A stretch of 64,000 bases of DNA from the NCBI RefSeq assembly GCF_006345805.1, contig NC_042999.1, positions 57,970,001-58,034,000 of the forward strand, given 5' to 3'. Made by a program: the position numbers and the translations under genes. This document shows positions 63,001 to 64,000 of this stretch, piece after piece. The notes under the pieces were generated by a model. It had not been told where the DNA came from. It was given only the letters and a program-made list of their open reading frames with translations, and did no database searches. This DNA is from Octopus sinensis (lineage: Eukaryota). How positions within the stretch are numbered: position 1 is the first letter of the stretch; each line of letters opens with the position of its first letter.

Positions 63001-64000
63001 ATATTAAAAAGTCGGGATACAATATGTACCTTTTGCTTGAAAGGTGCACCTGTTTACTTGAAAGAAGAATTAAAACTCAAAACCACGTGACTCTCACTTT
63101 ATGTAAACACGCACAGAGAATATAGCAAATACATTTAGAGATAGTCTTTCCATTTATAAAATACAAATAGGAGTGTAGACATCCTAGTATCAATTGATTT
63201 CTCTTTTTGTGTTGAACCAACATTTAAAGCTCATCAGCTAGGTTTACTATGTTAACTATTTAAAAAAATATATATTTACCTCTCTGTGCATGTTGTTCAG
63301 CTGAAGGCCCCGTGACTTCCAAACGAACATTAGCAAGCAACTAAAATTCAAAATTCAAATAAGTTATTATCTTTTAAAAAATAATGATAAAGTGGCCAGC
63401 AAACAATCCAAATATGCAAAATATATATTAAAAAGCCAGGGTATATATATACACACACACACACTAGAGAAAGAGACATGTACACATGCATTAACACACA
63501 CACATACTGTGTCTGGTGTGTGTGTGTATATATATTTGTCTATATATATAGAGATATGTGTGTGTAAATGCATATATACACAAGCAAACATACACGTTAT
63601 ACATACAGACATACACACACAGGCAGGGCTGTGTGGCTAAGCAGTTTGCTTTGCAAATATGTGATTCTGAATTCAGTCTACTATTTGGCACATTGGGTGT
63701 TTTCTACTACATCCCCAGATTGGCCAAATCCTTGTGAGTGGGTTTGGTAGATGAAAGCTGAAAGAAGCTGTGTGTGTGTGTGTGTGCATGCGCCTTCGTG
63801 TTACTTTGTCTTTTCCATGCAATAATTGTGAATGAATGTCACTTATCCAAGTGGTGTGGTTCATTTGCAGTCTTTCAAGCTGTTGTGCTATCACATTCAT
63901 AGGACGAGGGGAACTCCATCTACTGTTAGGATGCAACAATTCCTTTTTAATTCTGATTTTATCTCTCACCTCGTTTCTATTCCATCATTCATGCTCACTC

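Overview
AT-rich, microsatellite-dense eukaryotic genomic DNA. The repeat content (tRNA-headed CORE-type SINEs, RTE LINE tails ending in (GAT)n) looks like an octopod cephalopod; that is an inference. One protein-coding gene runs on the + strand: a SNF2-family helicase, RAD54L2/ARIP4. I traced 12 coding exons by hand from 27406 to 62418, all with GT-AG boundaries and consistent phases, giving about 1464 codons from ATG 27442. The gene continues past the window and probably also has exon(s) upstream. One exon (1686 nt) places a ~540-aa Asn/Ser/Met/Cys-rich insert between the two ATPase lobes. The rest is decayed transposon sequence: RTE and CR1-type LINEs, three SINE families, Tc1, mariner, pogo, several piggyBac lineages with their MITEs, a Gypsy integrase plus LTR, and a possible Helitron. 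The most notable observation is a fold-back element at 22.2-22.5 kb. Both arms carry a complete Penelope-type minimal hammerhead-ribozyme fold whose core C3:G8 pair is swapped to G3:C8. A second, decayed minimal hammerhead with U at core position 6 lies at 5.2 kb. All calls are by eye; nothing was searched or computed.
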